Shown piece by piece: positions 1 to 9,032 of a DNA stretch of 52,315 nt. The stretch is taken from NCBI GenBank assembly GCA_021736945.1, contig JAIPEX010000003.1, positions 1-52,315 on the forward strand, in the 5' to 3' direction. A model generated the notes under the pieces. It had not been told where the DNA came from and did not search any database. It saw only the letters and a list, made by a program, of their open reading frames with translations. The DNA is from Halanaerobiales bacterium (GTDB lineage: Bacteria > Bacillota > Halanaerobiia > Halanaerobiales > M55B127). Position numbers and translations under genes: made by a program. Every line of letters starts with the position of its first letter. The first letter of the stretch is position 1.

Positions 1-138
1 GAGTCTGTAAAAGGATAGGAGTAGTGGGTATGGACTACCCGAATAGGTAACTTGATCGATGTTACGGGTGAAATTCATCTTATGTCCCATAAGATCAAGC
101 GACTATGAAGCTCGGTATTTCAATGCCGAGTAGTTCAC
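1..138 (+). mobile_element. Probable right end of an IS200/IS605-family element (tnpB 3' end plus omega-RNA scaffold), truncated by the window edge
   Basis: Ends GAAG-CTCGGTA-TTTCAA-TGCCGAG-TAGTTCAC (subterminal hairpin 111-130, TCAC at 135-138), the typical IS605 right-end layout. Further stems: CTTGATC 51-57 with GATCAAG 93-99, and GGGTA/TACCC. Frame 3..50 reads VCKRIGVVGMDYPNR*, resembling TnpB C-termini. Confidence 0.6.
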
Positions 139-336
139 GAAGATAAGTAATTAAATTGAAATACTTCTTGAAATGTACTATGATTGGTGTTATAATCAAA
201 AAAATAAATAAATGAATGAATGAAGGGAAGTGATATATGAGTAGTAAGTAGTAGAGAAAATATCAGTTTCTTGATTTTAGAAGTTGAGGAGCAAAAACCA
301 AAAAAACATATGAGTAGAAAGGAGTAGATAGTAGAT

Positions 337-1824
337 ATGCAAAGAGATCGATGGGATAGTAGAACGGCTTTTGTTCTTGCGGCAATTGGTTCTGCAGCTG
401 GTTTAGGCAATGCTTGGCGTTTTCCGTATATGGCTTATTCAAATGGAGGTGGCGCCTTCTTAATTCCATATTTTATAGCCTTATTAACAGCTGGTATACC
501 ACTTATAGTTCTTGAGTTTTCAATGGGTCAAAGTACACAGAGAGGTGCTCCAGGAGCTCTTGCCAAAGCTGGTAGAAAATTTGAAGGTTTTGGTTGGTGG
601 GCAGTTCTGTCCGGTACTATTATAACCAGTTATTATGCTGGTGTAATGGCATGGGCCTGGGACTTTTTAGCAGGTTCATTTACTTTAGGATGGGCAGATG
701 ACGCTGGTGCATTCTTTTACGATGAAGTTCTTGAGATATCCTCTGGACCCGGAGTATTGGGAGGATTTTCTACTTCAGTATTAATTGGTTTAATAATCAC
801 TTGGGTTGTCATCTATTTTATCTTAAGAAACGGTGCCCAAAGTGTAGGTAAAGTTGTTATGATAACAGTCCCCTTACCTATTATTCTAATGGGGATATTA
901 TTAATTAGAGCAGTCACCCTACCAGGTGCTGTAGAGGGGTTAAATTATTTCTTAGAACCGAACTTCTCAATGTTATCGAATCCAAGTGTTTGGATTGATG
1001 CTTATTCACAGGTATTCTTTACTCTTAGTTTAGGTTTTGGTATTATGATTGCCTATGCTAGTTATATGCCTGAAGATTCAGATATTATTAATAACGCTCT
1101 TATAACTGTATTTGCAAACTCTGGTATAAGTTTTATGGCTGGTATTGCTGTATTTGGTACCCTTGGATATATGGCTGAAACTCAGGGAGTAGCAATTTCT
1201 GAAGTAGCTACTGCTGGAGTAGGGTTAGCGTTTGTTGTTTATCCAAATGCAATCTCGCTGTTACCAGGTGGTGCTTTTGTTGTCGGATTGTTCGGTTTTG
1301 TATTCTTCGCAATGTTACTTTCTTTAGGTATAGACTCGGCTTTCTCAATTGTAGAAGCTGGGGTTGCTGCCCTCAAGGATAAATGGGGCGGTTCTAAAAG
1401 AAAAGTTACTCTATTTTATAGTCTCTTCCTTTTCATTGTCGGACTACTTTTTGTTACAAAAGGAGGACTATACTGGTTAGATATAGTTGACCATTATGTA
1501 AATACTTATGGCTTAGTATTTGCCGGTTTAACTGAAGCTATCATTATTGGTTGGTATTATGATACCAGCAAATTAAGAAATTATTTCAATTCAGTTTCTG
1601 AATATAAATTTGGAAGCTGGTGGGATATTATGATCAAGTATGTTACTCCAATAGTGCTCACTATTTTACTTGTTACTGAATTGATAGCTGATATTGGAAC
1701 TCCATATGGCGGTTATGAATTACGATACTTAGTCTACGGTGGATGGGTTGGAGTAATTGGTTTACTAATAGTTGCTTCATATATCTTATCCCGTCAGAGA
1801 GGCGTAGATGATGTTGATGTTTAA
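337..1824 (+). CDS. Sodium-dependent transporter, NSS/SNF family (MetP-like amino acid symporter)
   Basis: RDRW...GSAAGLGNAWRFPY...NGGGAFLIPY NSS signature; many TM segments; RBS AAGGAG. Confidence 0.95.
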   Translation: MQRDRWDSRTAFVLAAIGSAAGLGNAWRFPYMAYSNGGGAFLIPYFIALLTAGIPLIVLEFSMGQSTQRGAPGALAKAGRKFEGFGWWAVLSGTIITSYYAGVMAWAWDFLAGSFTLGWADDAGAFFYDEVLEISSGPGVLGGFSTSVLIGLIITWVVIYFILRNGAQSVGKVVMITVPLPIILMGILLIRAVTLPGAVEGLNYFLEPNFSMLSNPSVWIDAYSQVFFTLSLGFGIMIAYASYMPEDSDIINNALITVFANSGISFMAGIAVFGTLGYMAETQGVAISEVATAGVGLAFVVYPNAISLLPGGAFVVGLFGFVFFAMLLSLGIDSAFSIVEAGVAALKDKWGGSKRKVTLFYSLFLFIVGLLFVTKGGLYWLDIVDHYVNTYGLVFAGLTEAIIIGWYYDTSKLRNYFNSVSEYKFGSWWDIMIKYVTPIVLTILLVTELIADIGTPYGGYELRYLVYGGWVGVIGLLIVASYILSRQRGVDDVDV

Positions 1825-1854
1825 AAACAAGTATTTAGAAGGGAGTATATAATT

Positions 1855-1965
1855 ATGAGTGGATCAGCAATTGTAACCTTGATTTTTGCTAGTGTTGTAC
1901 TTTATGGAGGACTTTTTATAACAGTGCGAAAAGCTGTAAAATCTCGAAATAAAGATGAAGAATAA
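1855..1965 (+). CDS. MetS-family NSS transporter small subunit (36 aa, absent from the ORF track)
   Basis: ATG at 1855 after RBS AAGGGAG; MSGSAIVTLIFASVVLYGGLFITVRKAVKSRNKDEE; one TM helix with a YGG motif; lies between the NSS gene and the terminator. Confidence 0.85.
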   Translation: MSGSAIVTLIFASVVLYGGLFITVRKAVKSRNKDEE

Positions 1966-1978
1966 TTTTAAATATAAC

Positions 1979-2007
1979 AGGGTCCGAATTTATTCGGGCC
2001 CTTTTTT
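1979..2007 (+). terminator. Rho-independent terminator
   Basis: AGGGTCCGAAT/ATTCGGGCCCT stem followed by a T run. Confidence 0.85.
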
Positions 2008-2031
2008 AAGTTATAAAAAAGAAGTGATATT

Positions 2032-3105
2032 ATGGTAAATAATGATATAAAAGCAAAATTTAATAAGTTGGGTTTTGATTTAATTGGCTTTACTAGGCCT
2101 AAGTTAAACAAAGAATTATCTAAAAATTTCAAAAATAGATATAATAAGGATGACTTACCTCCATTTGTACATCATAATGTAGAGAGAATACTTGACCCTA
2201 AAAAAGAAGCTCCTTGGGTTAATACTATTATTGTAGTCGGATTGTCATATGCAAGTAGTACGATTCAAAATACTGATGGTTTCATCTCAAGATACGCTCG
2301 TGGAAATGATTATCACAAAGTTATGGAAGAAAAAATTATAAAAGGAATTGAAGTTTTAAAAAAAGAGTTTAAAGCGCTTAAGTATTCTTATTATATAGAT
2401 AATGGGCCAGTTTTAGAAAAGGCTTTAGCCCAACAAGCTGGATTAGGTTGGATTGGTAAAAACACCCTTTTGATTAATGAAAAATACGGTTCATATATTT
2501 TCTTGGGAGAAATATTTATTGATAAAAAACTTTCTATAGATAATCCAGCAACTAATAAATGTGGTAACTGTACTTTATGTAGAGATAACTGTCCAACTGA
2601 TTCTTTAGAGACTCCATATTATTTAAACTACAGAACTTGTCGAAGTTATTTAACGCAAGAAAAAGGCATATTGGAGCAGAGCAAAGAACAATTAATAGGT
2701 AATTGTATTTGGGGATGTGATAATTGTCAAGAAGCCTGCCCTTTCAATGAAGAAATACCAAAGGATTTACATACTGAATTTGAACCTAAAATTACAGGAA
2801 ATATAGTTGATATATTGAATTATAAAAGAAAGGACTTTCCAAAAAGGTGGTTAAATACTGCTTTAAGTTGGAGAGGAATGAGAGTTATTCAAAGAAATGC
2901 TCTGATTTCATTGATAAATTTCGATGTTAAAAAAGAAAATTATAAGCAAGTGATAATAAAAAAAATGAACGATAATTCGCCTATTTTGAGATATTATGCA
3001 TATAAAGCTTATATAAGTTTAGGTTATGATCTAAGTCAAATTCAAGATAAAATAAATAAAGAAGATGAAATAAATATCAAAAAATTATTAGAAGGAAGTG
3101 GTTAG
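2032..3105 (+). CDS. queG: tRNA epoxyqueuosine(34) reductase QueG
   Basis: ISRYARGNDYH, AGLGWIGKN, CGNCTLCRDNCP and WGCDNCQEACPFN Fe-S motifs. Confidence 0.92.
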   Translation: MVNNDIKAKFNKLGFDLIGFTRPKLNKELSKNFKNRYNKDDLPPFVHHNVERILDPKKEAPWVNTIIVVGLSYASSTIQNTDGFISRYARGNDYHKVMEEKIIKGIEVLKKEFKALKYSYYIDNGPVLEKALAQQAGLGWIGKNTLLINEKYGSYIFLGEIFIDKKLSIDNPATNKCGNCTLCRDNCPTDSLETPYYLNYRTCRSYLTQEKGILEQSKEQLIGNCIWGCDNCQEACPFNEEIPKDLHTEFEPKITGNIVDILNYKRKDFPKRWLNTALSWRGMRVIQRNALISLINFDVKKENYKQVIIKKMNDNSPILRYYAYKAYISLGYDLSQIQDKINKEDEINIKKLLEGSG

Positions 3106-4755
3106 ATGCCTAATGTTAGGTATAATAATTCTGAATATAAGATTTCTCATAGCATTAAAGCTTTGGACTTGTTATCAGAAATTGATATAGATAAAAAAGA
3201 TTTAGTAGTTGGAATAAAAGTAAATAATGAAATGGTAGATTTAAATTATGTTATTGAAAAAGATTGTAAGATAGAATTTGTATATAAGGATAAACCAGCG
3301 GGTAATCGTTTATATAAAAGAAGCTTATTTATGTTATTGGCCAAAGCAATTTATGAAATGTATGGAGATGAAATTTTAAATATTGAACATTCTTTAAGTA
3401 ATGGAATATATTGTGAATTAAGTGATAACAATGTTCTTAGTAAATCAGAGTTAGAAGATATTGTTGAAAAAATGAATGAAATTGTAAAAGAAAATTATAC
3501 AATTAATAAACATATAGTATCTCAAGAAGAAGGAATATCAATACTTAAAGATCAGGGTAATTTAGAAAAGGTAAGAATTATTGAACAAAAAAATCTTGAA
3601 CAGGTAAAACTTTATGAGCTGGATGGATATTATAATTACTATTATTATCCTTTAGTACCGAGTACAGGTTGCTTAGATAATTTCAAGCTACATTATCATT
3701 TTCCAGGATTTGTTCTCTTATATCCACCGGTTGAAAGTCCAAATACAGTTAAGGAGTTTATAGCCCAACCAAAATTAGCCGATATATTCTATGATTATGA
3801 AAAGTTAGGAGATATTTTAGAGGTAGGTTTTGTACCTGATTTAAATGATCACATAGAAAAAAATGAATACGGTGAATTAATTAGAATTTCGGAAGGTCTT
3901 CATGAAAAAAATATAGCAAAGATAGCCGATCAAATAGCTTCTCAGAAAGAGCAGAAAAGAATTATATTAATAGCTGGTCCGTCTTCTTCAGGTAAAACAA
4001 CCTTTACCAAAAGACTTTCGACCCAATTAAGAATCAATGGTTTAAAACCGGTTTCTATTTCTACCGATAATTATTTTGTCAATAGAGATAAAACCCCTCT
4101 TGATGAAGATGGGAATTTTGATTTTGAATCACTTCATGCTATAAATTTAGAATTATTTAATGACCATCTTGTAAGATTAATGAGAGGTGAAAAGGTCAGA
4201 CTGCCTCGATTTAATTTTAAAAAAGGAGTACGAGAAAAAAGTGATAAAGTGATGGAGTTGAATTCCGATCAGCCAATATTAATTGAAGGGATCCATAGTT
4301 TAAATAATAAACTTACAGAATTTATCCCAGAAGATCACAAATATAAGATATTTGTAAGTGCCTTAACGCAATTAAATATTGATATGCAGAATCGAATTCC
4401 TACCTCCGATACAAGGTTAATAAGAAGAATAGTAAGAGATAACCTATTTAGAGGTCATTCTGCATATGATACACTAGAAATGTGGGGGAGAGTTCGCAAA
4501 GGAGAGGAAGTTAACATTTATCCTTATCAAGAAAATGCTGATGTAATGTTTAATTCTGCTTTGATTTATGAATTAGCAGTTCTAAAAAATTGTGCTGTTC
4601 CCTTACTAGAGGAAATTGATAGGGAAAACCAATACTTCTATGAAGCAAAAAGATTATTGGAAGTTCTTGACTGTTTCAAAAATATGCCATTTGAAGAGAT
4701 ACCAAAAACTTCCATTTTAAGAGAGTTTATCGGAGGTAGTGTATATAGAGAATAG
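3106..4755 (+). CDS. Nucleoside/uridine kinase with N-terminal TGS/ThrRS-like domains
   Basis: N-terminus resembles ThrRS N1/N2; Walker A AGPSSSGKTT; uridine-kinase-like RLIRRIVRD. Confidence 0.85.
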   Translation: MPNVRYNNSEYKISHSIKALDLLSEIDIDKKDLVVGIKVNNEMVDLNYVIEKDCKIEFVYKDKPAGNRLYKRSLFMLLAKAIYEMYGDEILNIEHSLSNGIYCELSDNNVLSKSELEDIVEKMNEIVKENYTINKHIVSQEEGISILKDQGNLEKVRIIEQKNLEQVKLYELDGYYNYYYYPLVPSTGCLDNFKLHYHFPGFVLLYPPVESPNTVKEFIAQPKLADIFYDYEKLGDILEVGFVPDLNDHIEKNEYGELIRISEGLHEKNIAKIADQIASQKEQKRIILIAGPSSSGKTTFTKRLSTQLRINGLKPVSISTDNYFVNRDKTPLDEDGNFDFESLHAINLELFNDHLVRLMRGEKVRLPRFNFKKGVREKSDKVMELNSDQPILIEGIHSLNNKLTEFIPEDHKYKIFVSALTQLNIDMQNRIPTSDTRLIRRIVRDNLFRGHSAYDTLEMWGRVRKGEEVNIYPYQENADVMFNSALIYELAVLKNCAVPLLEEIDRENQYFYEAKRLLEVLDCFKNMPFEEIPKTSILREFIGGSVYRE

Positions 4756-4767
4756 TAGATAGTTAAT

Positions 4768-5346
4768 TTAACTTTTAATATCTGTAATAATTTCATCAAT
4801 AATTTCTTCAATATCATTCCAGTTATCTACCCTGTATAATAAATCTGAATCTTGTATATCTTGATTATGATATTTATTAACAAGGATGACTGGAATGTTT
4901 TTGTTTAATATATTTTTTGAATTAGCCTGATTATCTTCAATGAAAACTTTTATATTTTTATCTACAGCTAATTCAGCTTTATTATGGTCGTGATAAAGAT
5001 AATCATAATTGACATTATGCTGAGCAAGCCATTTGATTGTTAATGGTCTAAACTTCTTATGGCGAGCTGTTATCAAATAAATAGTATGCCCATCATTTTT
5101 TAATTGGTCCATAATATTTTTTGCGTTGGGCGCGATTTCGACGTTAGAGTATATTTCATGTATTTTATTATTAAGAAATTCTCTTAAATCTTCCAAAGGT
5201 AAATCATAGGCTTCTGAAAAGTCATATACATCTTTTTTTCTTTTAATATTTTCTTCGAAATAATTATTTAAAGATCTTAACCAAATATTTTCTTTACCCT
5301 TTTTCTCATGTGTTATTACACCATCAATATCAATACCAATATTCAT
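4768..5346 (-). CDS. HAD-superfamily 5'(3')-nucleotidase (NT5C type)
   Basis: IGIDIDGV motif I, ITAR motif II, FIEDN motif IV. Confidence 0.85.
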   Translation of the reverse strand: MNIGIDIDGVITHEKKGKENIWLRSLNNYFEENIKRKKDVYDFSEAYDLPLEDLREFLNNKIHEIYSNVEIAPNAKNIMDQLKNDGHTIYLITARHKKFRPLTIKWLAQHNVNYDYLYHDHNKAELAVDKNIKVFIEDNQANSKNILNKNIPVILVNKYHNQDIQDSDLLYRVDNWNDIEEIIDEIITDIKS

Positions 5347-5459
5347 ATTTATTGCCTCCCAAACTTCAATATAGAGTGAAATTATGATATAATTTTTTTA
5401 AGATGATCAATAGTTATTTTAACATTTTTTTGGTAGATTTTCCAGAAGGAGATGATAAT

Positions 5460-6101
5460 TTGGAAAAAAATATAGAAGAAATTATTGAATACTTTGAAGA
5501 AAAATATCCCGATCCGGAAACAGCTTTAAATTATAAAACCCCTTTTCAATTGTTAATAGCAACCATCATGTCAGCGCAGACCACTGATGTACAGGTTAAT
5601 AAAGTTAATGAAGAACTGTTTAAGAAATATAAAACGCCTAGTGATTTTGCTAAATTAAATGTGGAAGAATTACAAAAAGAAATACAATCTATAGGGTTAT
5701 ATAAAAATAAGAGTAAATATATTATAGAAACGAGTAAGATGATTTTAGAAGACTATAATGGAGAAATACCTAAAAGCAGAAAAGAGTTAACAAAATTACC
5801 AGGAGTTGGTAGAAAAACGGCTAATGTAGTTTTAGCTAATGCTTTTAATCAGGAAACAATTGCAGTTGATACACATGTTTTTAGAGTTGCTAACAGATTA
5901 GGTTTAGTTCATACTTCAAATAGAGACCAGGTTGAACAAGATCTTATGAAAGTAGTACCTGGTGATTATTGGACTAAATTTCATCACTGGTTAATATTTC
6001 ATGGTAGAGAAGTTTGTAAAGCCAGAAAACCTCGTTGTGATGAGTGTGAGCTTAGTTCTTATTGTGAGTATTATCAAAATCAAATTAAGGAGGCTAATTA
6101 A
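5460..6101 (+). CDS. nth: Endonuclease III
   Basis: SAQTTD, HhH LPGVGRKTANVV, VDTHV, Fe-S motif CKARKPRCDECELSSYC; start moved to TTG 5460 after RBS AAGGAG. Confidence 0.95.
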   Translation: MEKNIEEIIEYFEEKYPDPETALNYKTPFQLLIATIMSAQTTDVQVNKVNEELFKKYKTPSDFAKLNVEELQKEIQSIGLYKNKSKYIIETSKMILEDYNGEIPKSRKELTKLPGVGRKTANVVLANAFNQETIAVDTHVFRVANRLGLVHTSNRDQVEQDLMKVVPGDYWTKFHHWLIFHGREVCKARKPRCDECELSSYCEYYQNQIKEAN

Positions 6102-6102
6102 A

Positions 6103-6840
6103 ATGTGTAAAACTAAAAAAATATTATTATTTTCTTTAATATTTGTTTTAATGTTTTCTATTTCTACACAAGCACAGAGCTTATTAGAAAAGGGAATTAA
6201 TGAATATAACAGTGGAAATTATAAAAAAGCAATAGATCATTTAACAAGTTATGCTGCTGAAAATCAAAGTAGCTATCTTGTTCATTTTTATCTGGGACTT
6301 AGTTATACTAAATTAAATCAATACAACCCTGCAATAGATTCATTTAATTATGCTAGAGAAATCAAAGGGGATTCCTATAATCTCTTGGTTAATTTAGGTC
6401 GTGCTTATTATAATAATGATGAAAAATCAAAAGCTTATGATATACTTTTAAAGGCTAAAGGTTATACACCAAAAGATGAACAGGTATATAATTTACTTGG
6501 CTTAATTCATATGGATAAAAGAGAATATAATCAAGCCATAGATAACTTTGAACAAGCAATTGAATTAAATAAGGATAACTTTTATGTGTATAACAATTTG
6601 AGTTTAAGCTATATAAATTTAGGTAACTTCAGTGAAGCAAGAAAATATATTAATAAAGCTTTAGAATTAGATCCTTCCGTACCATTTGTTTATAACAATG
6701 CTGGCATTGTATATGAAAATTTAGAACAGTACTCCCAAGCTGCCAAATATTACAGAAAAGCTCTAGAAATAGATGAAAATTATAAAAAAGCAGAAGTTAA
6801 TCTAGATAGAGTTGAGAACAAAATACCTGAGGAGGAATAA
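6103..6840 (+). CDS. Secreted tetratricopeptide-repeat protein
   Basis: ATG 6103 after AAGGAGG; signal peptide ending TQA; several TPR repeats (YNLLG..., YNNLS..., YNNAG...). Confidence 0.85.
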   Translation: MCKTKKILLFSLIFVLMFSISTQAQSLLEKGINEYNSGNYKKAIDHLTSYAAENQSSYLVHFYLGLSYTKLNQYNPAIDSFNYAREIKGDSYNLLVNLGRAYYNNDEKSKAYDILLKAKGYTPKDEQVYNLLGLIHMDKREYNQAIDNFEQAIELNKDNFYVYNNLSLSYINLGNFSEARKYINKALELDPSVPFVYNNAGIVYENLEQYSQAAKYYRKALEIDENYKKAEVNLDRVENKIPEEE

Positions 6841-6841
6841 A

Positions 6842-7261
6842 ATGCTTAAAGAATTTAGTGTAGATGAAGTATATATGGGTAGGCTTGAAAAAGATGATGA
6901 CCTCCTAAAAGAACTAACAAAAGTGGTAAAAAATAAAAATATTCAAACTGGGATTATAAAAGTAATAGGTGCAGTTCAACAAGCTAAAATAGGTTTTTAT
7001 AATCAGGATAAGAATGAATATGAATATAAGAAATTTGATAGAGAAATGGAAGTTGTAAGTTGTATTGGAAATATATCTCTAATGGAAGGTGAACCCTTTA
7101 TACATGCACATATAGTTTTAGCAGATGAAGATGGCAGTTGTTATGGAGGCCATTTAGCAGAAGGCACTAAGGTTTTTGCCAGTGAATTTTATATTCAACC
7201 TCTTAAAGGAAATAAGCTTGAGAGAAAGCATGATGAGGCTACACAGTTAACTCTCTGGTAA
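6842..7261 (+). CDS. PPC/DUF296 domain protein
   Basis: GNIS, HAH and GGHL motifs; ATG 6842 after GGAGG. Confidence 0.88.
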   Translation: MLKEFSVDEVYMGRLEKDDDLLKELTKVVKNKNIQTGIIKVIGAVQQAKIGFYNQDKNEYEYKKFDREMEVVSCIGNISLMEGEPFIHAHIVLADEDGSCYGGHLAEGTKVFASEFYIQPLKGNKLERKHDEATQLTLW

Positions 7262-7280
7262 TTGGAAAGGAGCAATAAAT

Positions 7281-8597
7281 ATGAATAATAAAATATATGT
7301 ATTAGATACAAATGTTTTGCTCGATGATCCTAGTGCTATCTATGATTATAAAGAACACGAGGTTATGATACCTTTAGCTGTTTTAGAAGAACTTGATAAT
7401 CAAAAAAACAAAACTTCTGATATTGGTTATAATGCCAGGGAAACCTCCCGAATTTTAGATGACTTAAGAATTAAAGGAAAACTCAATAAAGGGATTGAAT
7501 TAGAAAATGGTAGTTCATTAAAAATTGTTATTGATAAAGAAAAACTTAAACTGCCTCCACATCTAAGCGCAACTAAATTTGATAATAGAATACTATCAAC
7601 TGCTATTGAATTAAAAGAATCTAACCCTGAAAAGGAAGTAGTAATGGTTTCTAATGATATAAACTTAAGATTAATAGCAAATGCATTTGATATTCAAGCA
7701 GAAGACCATAAAAGTAATGGTATTGATGGGGAAGAGTTATATGATGGATTTATTGAAATTAATACTACAAGTAGTATAATTGATAAATATTATAATGATA
7801 AAAAACTTGATCCTCAAGAATTAGATGGAGATTTTAATGAATTATATCCTCATCAAATGGTCCAGTTATCAACTACTGATGATAAAAACAAGAGTGCCCT
7901 TGGTCGTTTTGATGGTAAAAAGATAGTTCCATTAATTTTTGATAAAAATACTCCCATGGGCATTAAACCACTAAATAGAGAACAAAAATTTGCATTAGAA
8001 TTATTATTAAATGATGATATAAAAGTGGTAACTGTCTCTGGTAAAGCAGGTACTGGAAAAACTTTGCTTGCTTTAGCTGCAGGATTACAAAAAGTTACAA
8101 ATGATAAGATTTTTGAAAGGGTGCTTATAGCAAGACCAGTTGTTCCAATGGGTAAAGATATGGGATATTTACCAGGATCTGTAGAAGAAAAATTAGAACC
8201 CTGGATGCAGCCTATTCTAGATAACTTAAATTTAATCATTCATAGCAATGAGGGCTCTTATCTTTCTATTGATCAGTTAATTGAAAATAATTTTATTCAG
8301 ATTGAAGCTTTGACATATATAAGAGGTAGATCAATTCCAAATCAATATATTATTATAGATGAAGCACAGAACCTTTCAAAACATGAAGTTAAAACTATTT
8401 TAACTAGGGTAGGTAAAGATTCCAAAATAATTTTAACAGGTGATCCTTTCCAAATAGATAACCCTTATTTAGATAAAGTCAACAATGGTTTATCTCAAGT
8501 TGCAAATCATTTTTATGAAGAACAAATAGCAGGACACATCATGTTATTAAAAGGCGAAAGATCTAAAATTGCACAAATAGCTAGTGATTTACTTTAA
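7281..8597 (+). CDS. PIN-PhoH ATPase (PhoH2/YlaK-like)
   Basis: VLDTNVLL PIN domain; GKAGTGKT, IRGRS, DEAQN, GDPFQID PhoH motifs. Confidence 0.92.
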   Translation: MNNKIYVLDTNVLLDDPSAIYDYKEHEVMIPLAVLEELDNQKNKTSDIGYNARETSRILDDLRIKGKLNKGIELENGSSLKIVIDKEKLKLPPHLSATKFDNRILSTAIELKESNPEKEVVMVSNDINLRLIANAFDIQAEDHKSNGIDGEELYDGFIEINTTSSIIDKYYNDKKLDPQELDGDFNELYPHQMVQLSTTDDKNKSALGRFDGKKIVPLIFDKNTPMGIKPLNREQKFALELLLNDDIKVVTVSGKAGTGKTLLALAAGLQKVTNDKIFERVLIARPVVPMGKDMGYLPGSVEEKLEPWMQPILDNLNLIIHSNEGSYLSIDQLIENNFIQIEALTYIRGRSIPNQYIIIDEAQNLSKHEVKTILTRVGKDSKIILTGDPFQIDNPYLDKVNNGLSQVANHFYEEQIAGHIMLLKGERSKIAQIASDLL

Positions 8598-8633
8598 AAT
8601 AACCAATTAACTTGATAAAATTGCTCATATTCC

Positions 8634-8662
8634 TTGACAGGTTAAATATATTATTATATACT
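8634..8662 (+). promoter_or_regulatory. SigA promoter upstream of the lysine riboswitch
   Basis: TTGACA-17 nt-TATACT. Confidence 0.8.
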
Positions 8663-8703
8663 AATTTAAAATTAAATATAAGAAATTACCTCATCTTTGA
8701 ACG

Positions 8704-8890
8704 GATGAGGTAGAGGCGCAAAACTAAAGAGTAACTTTTTTCTTAAAAAACCTGTAGAAAAAAGTGAAAGGGAGTTTTGCCGAAGTCTGTAATCTTTATG
8801 GTTTTAAAGGTTATGGATTGGGTCTGTGTATAACATATGCAGGACTGTCATTGAGGTATAACCCGTATTTCAATGTTGAGCTATCTCATC
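8704..8890 (+). promoter_or_regulatory. Lysine riboswitch (L-box)
   Basis: P1 GATGAGGTAG/CTATCTCATC; conserved AGAGGCGC, GAAAGG, GCCGAA and CTGTC elements; upstream of an NhaC-family gene. Confidence 0.9.
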
Positions 8891-8936
8891 AAATGGGAAA
8901 GAGGAGGTGGTTTCTACTGGTGCTATCAGAATTTAC

Positions 8937-8970
8937 ACCCAGCGGAAATCCCGCTGGGTTTTATTATTTT
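8937..8970 (+). terminator. Terminator of the lysine riboswitch expression platform
   Basis: ACCCAGCGG/CCGCTGGGT stem with a T-rich tail. Confidence 0.85.
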
Positions 8971-9032
8971 CATAGGAAAAAAATATAACAAAAATTTTAT
9001 AAAATATAAAATAATATGGAGGTTTTATAGAT

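Noticed and set aside
135-469. Minus-strand ORFs 135..410 and 263..469
   Set aside because: Antisense to the NSS gene and its promoter region; no RBS or recognisable motifs.
8764-8988. 74-aa ORF
   Set aside because: Lies entirely within the lysine riboswitch and its terminator.
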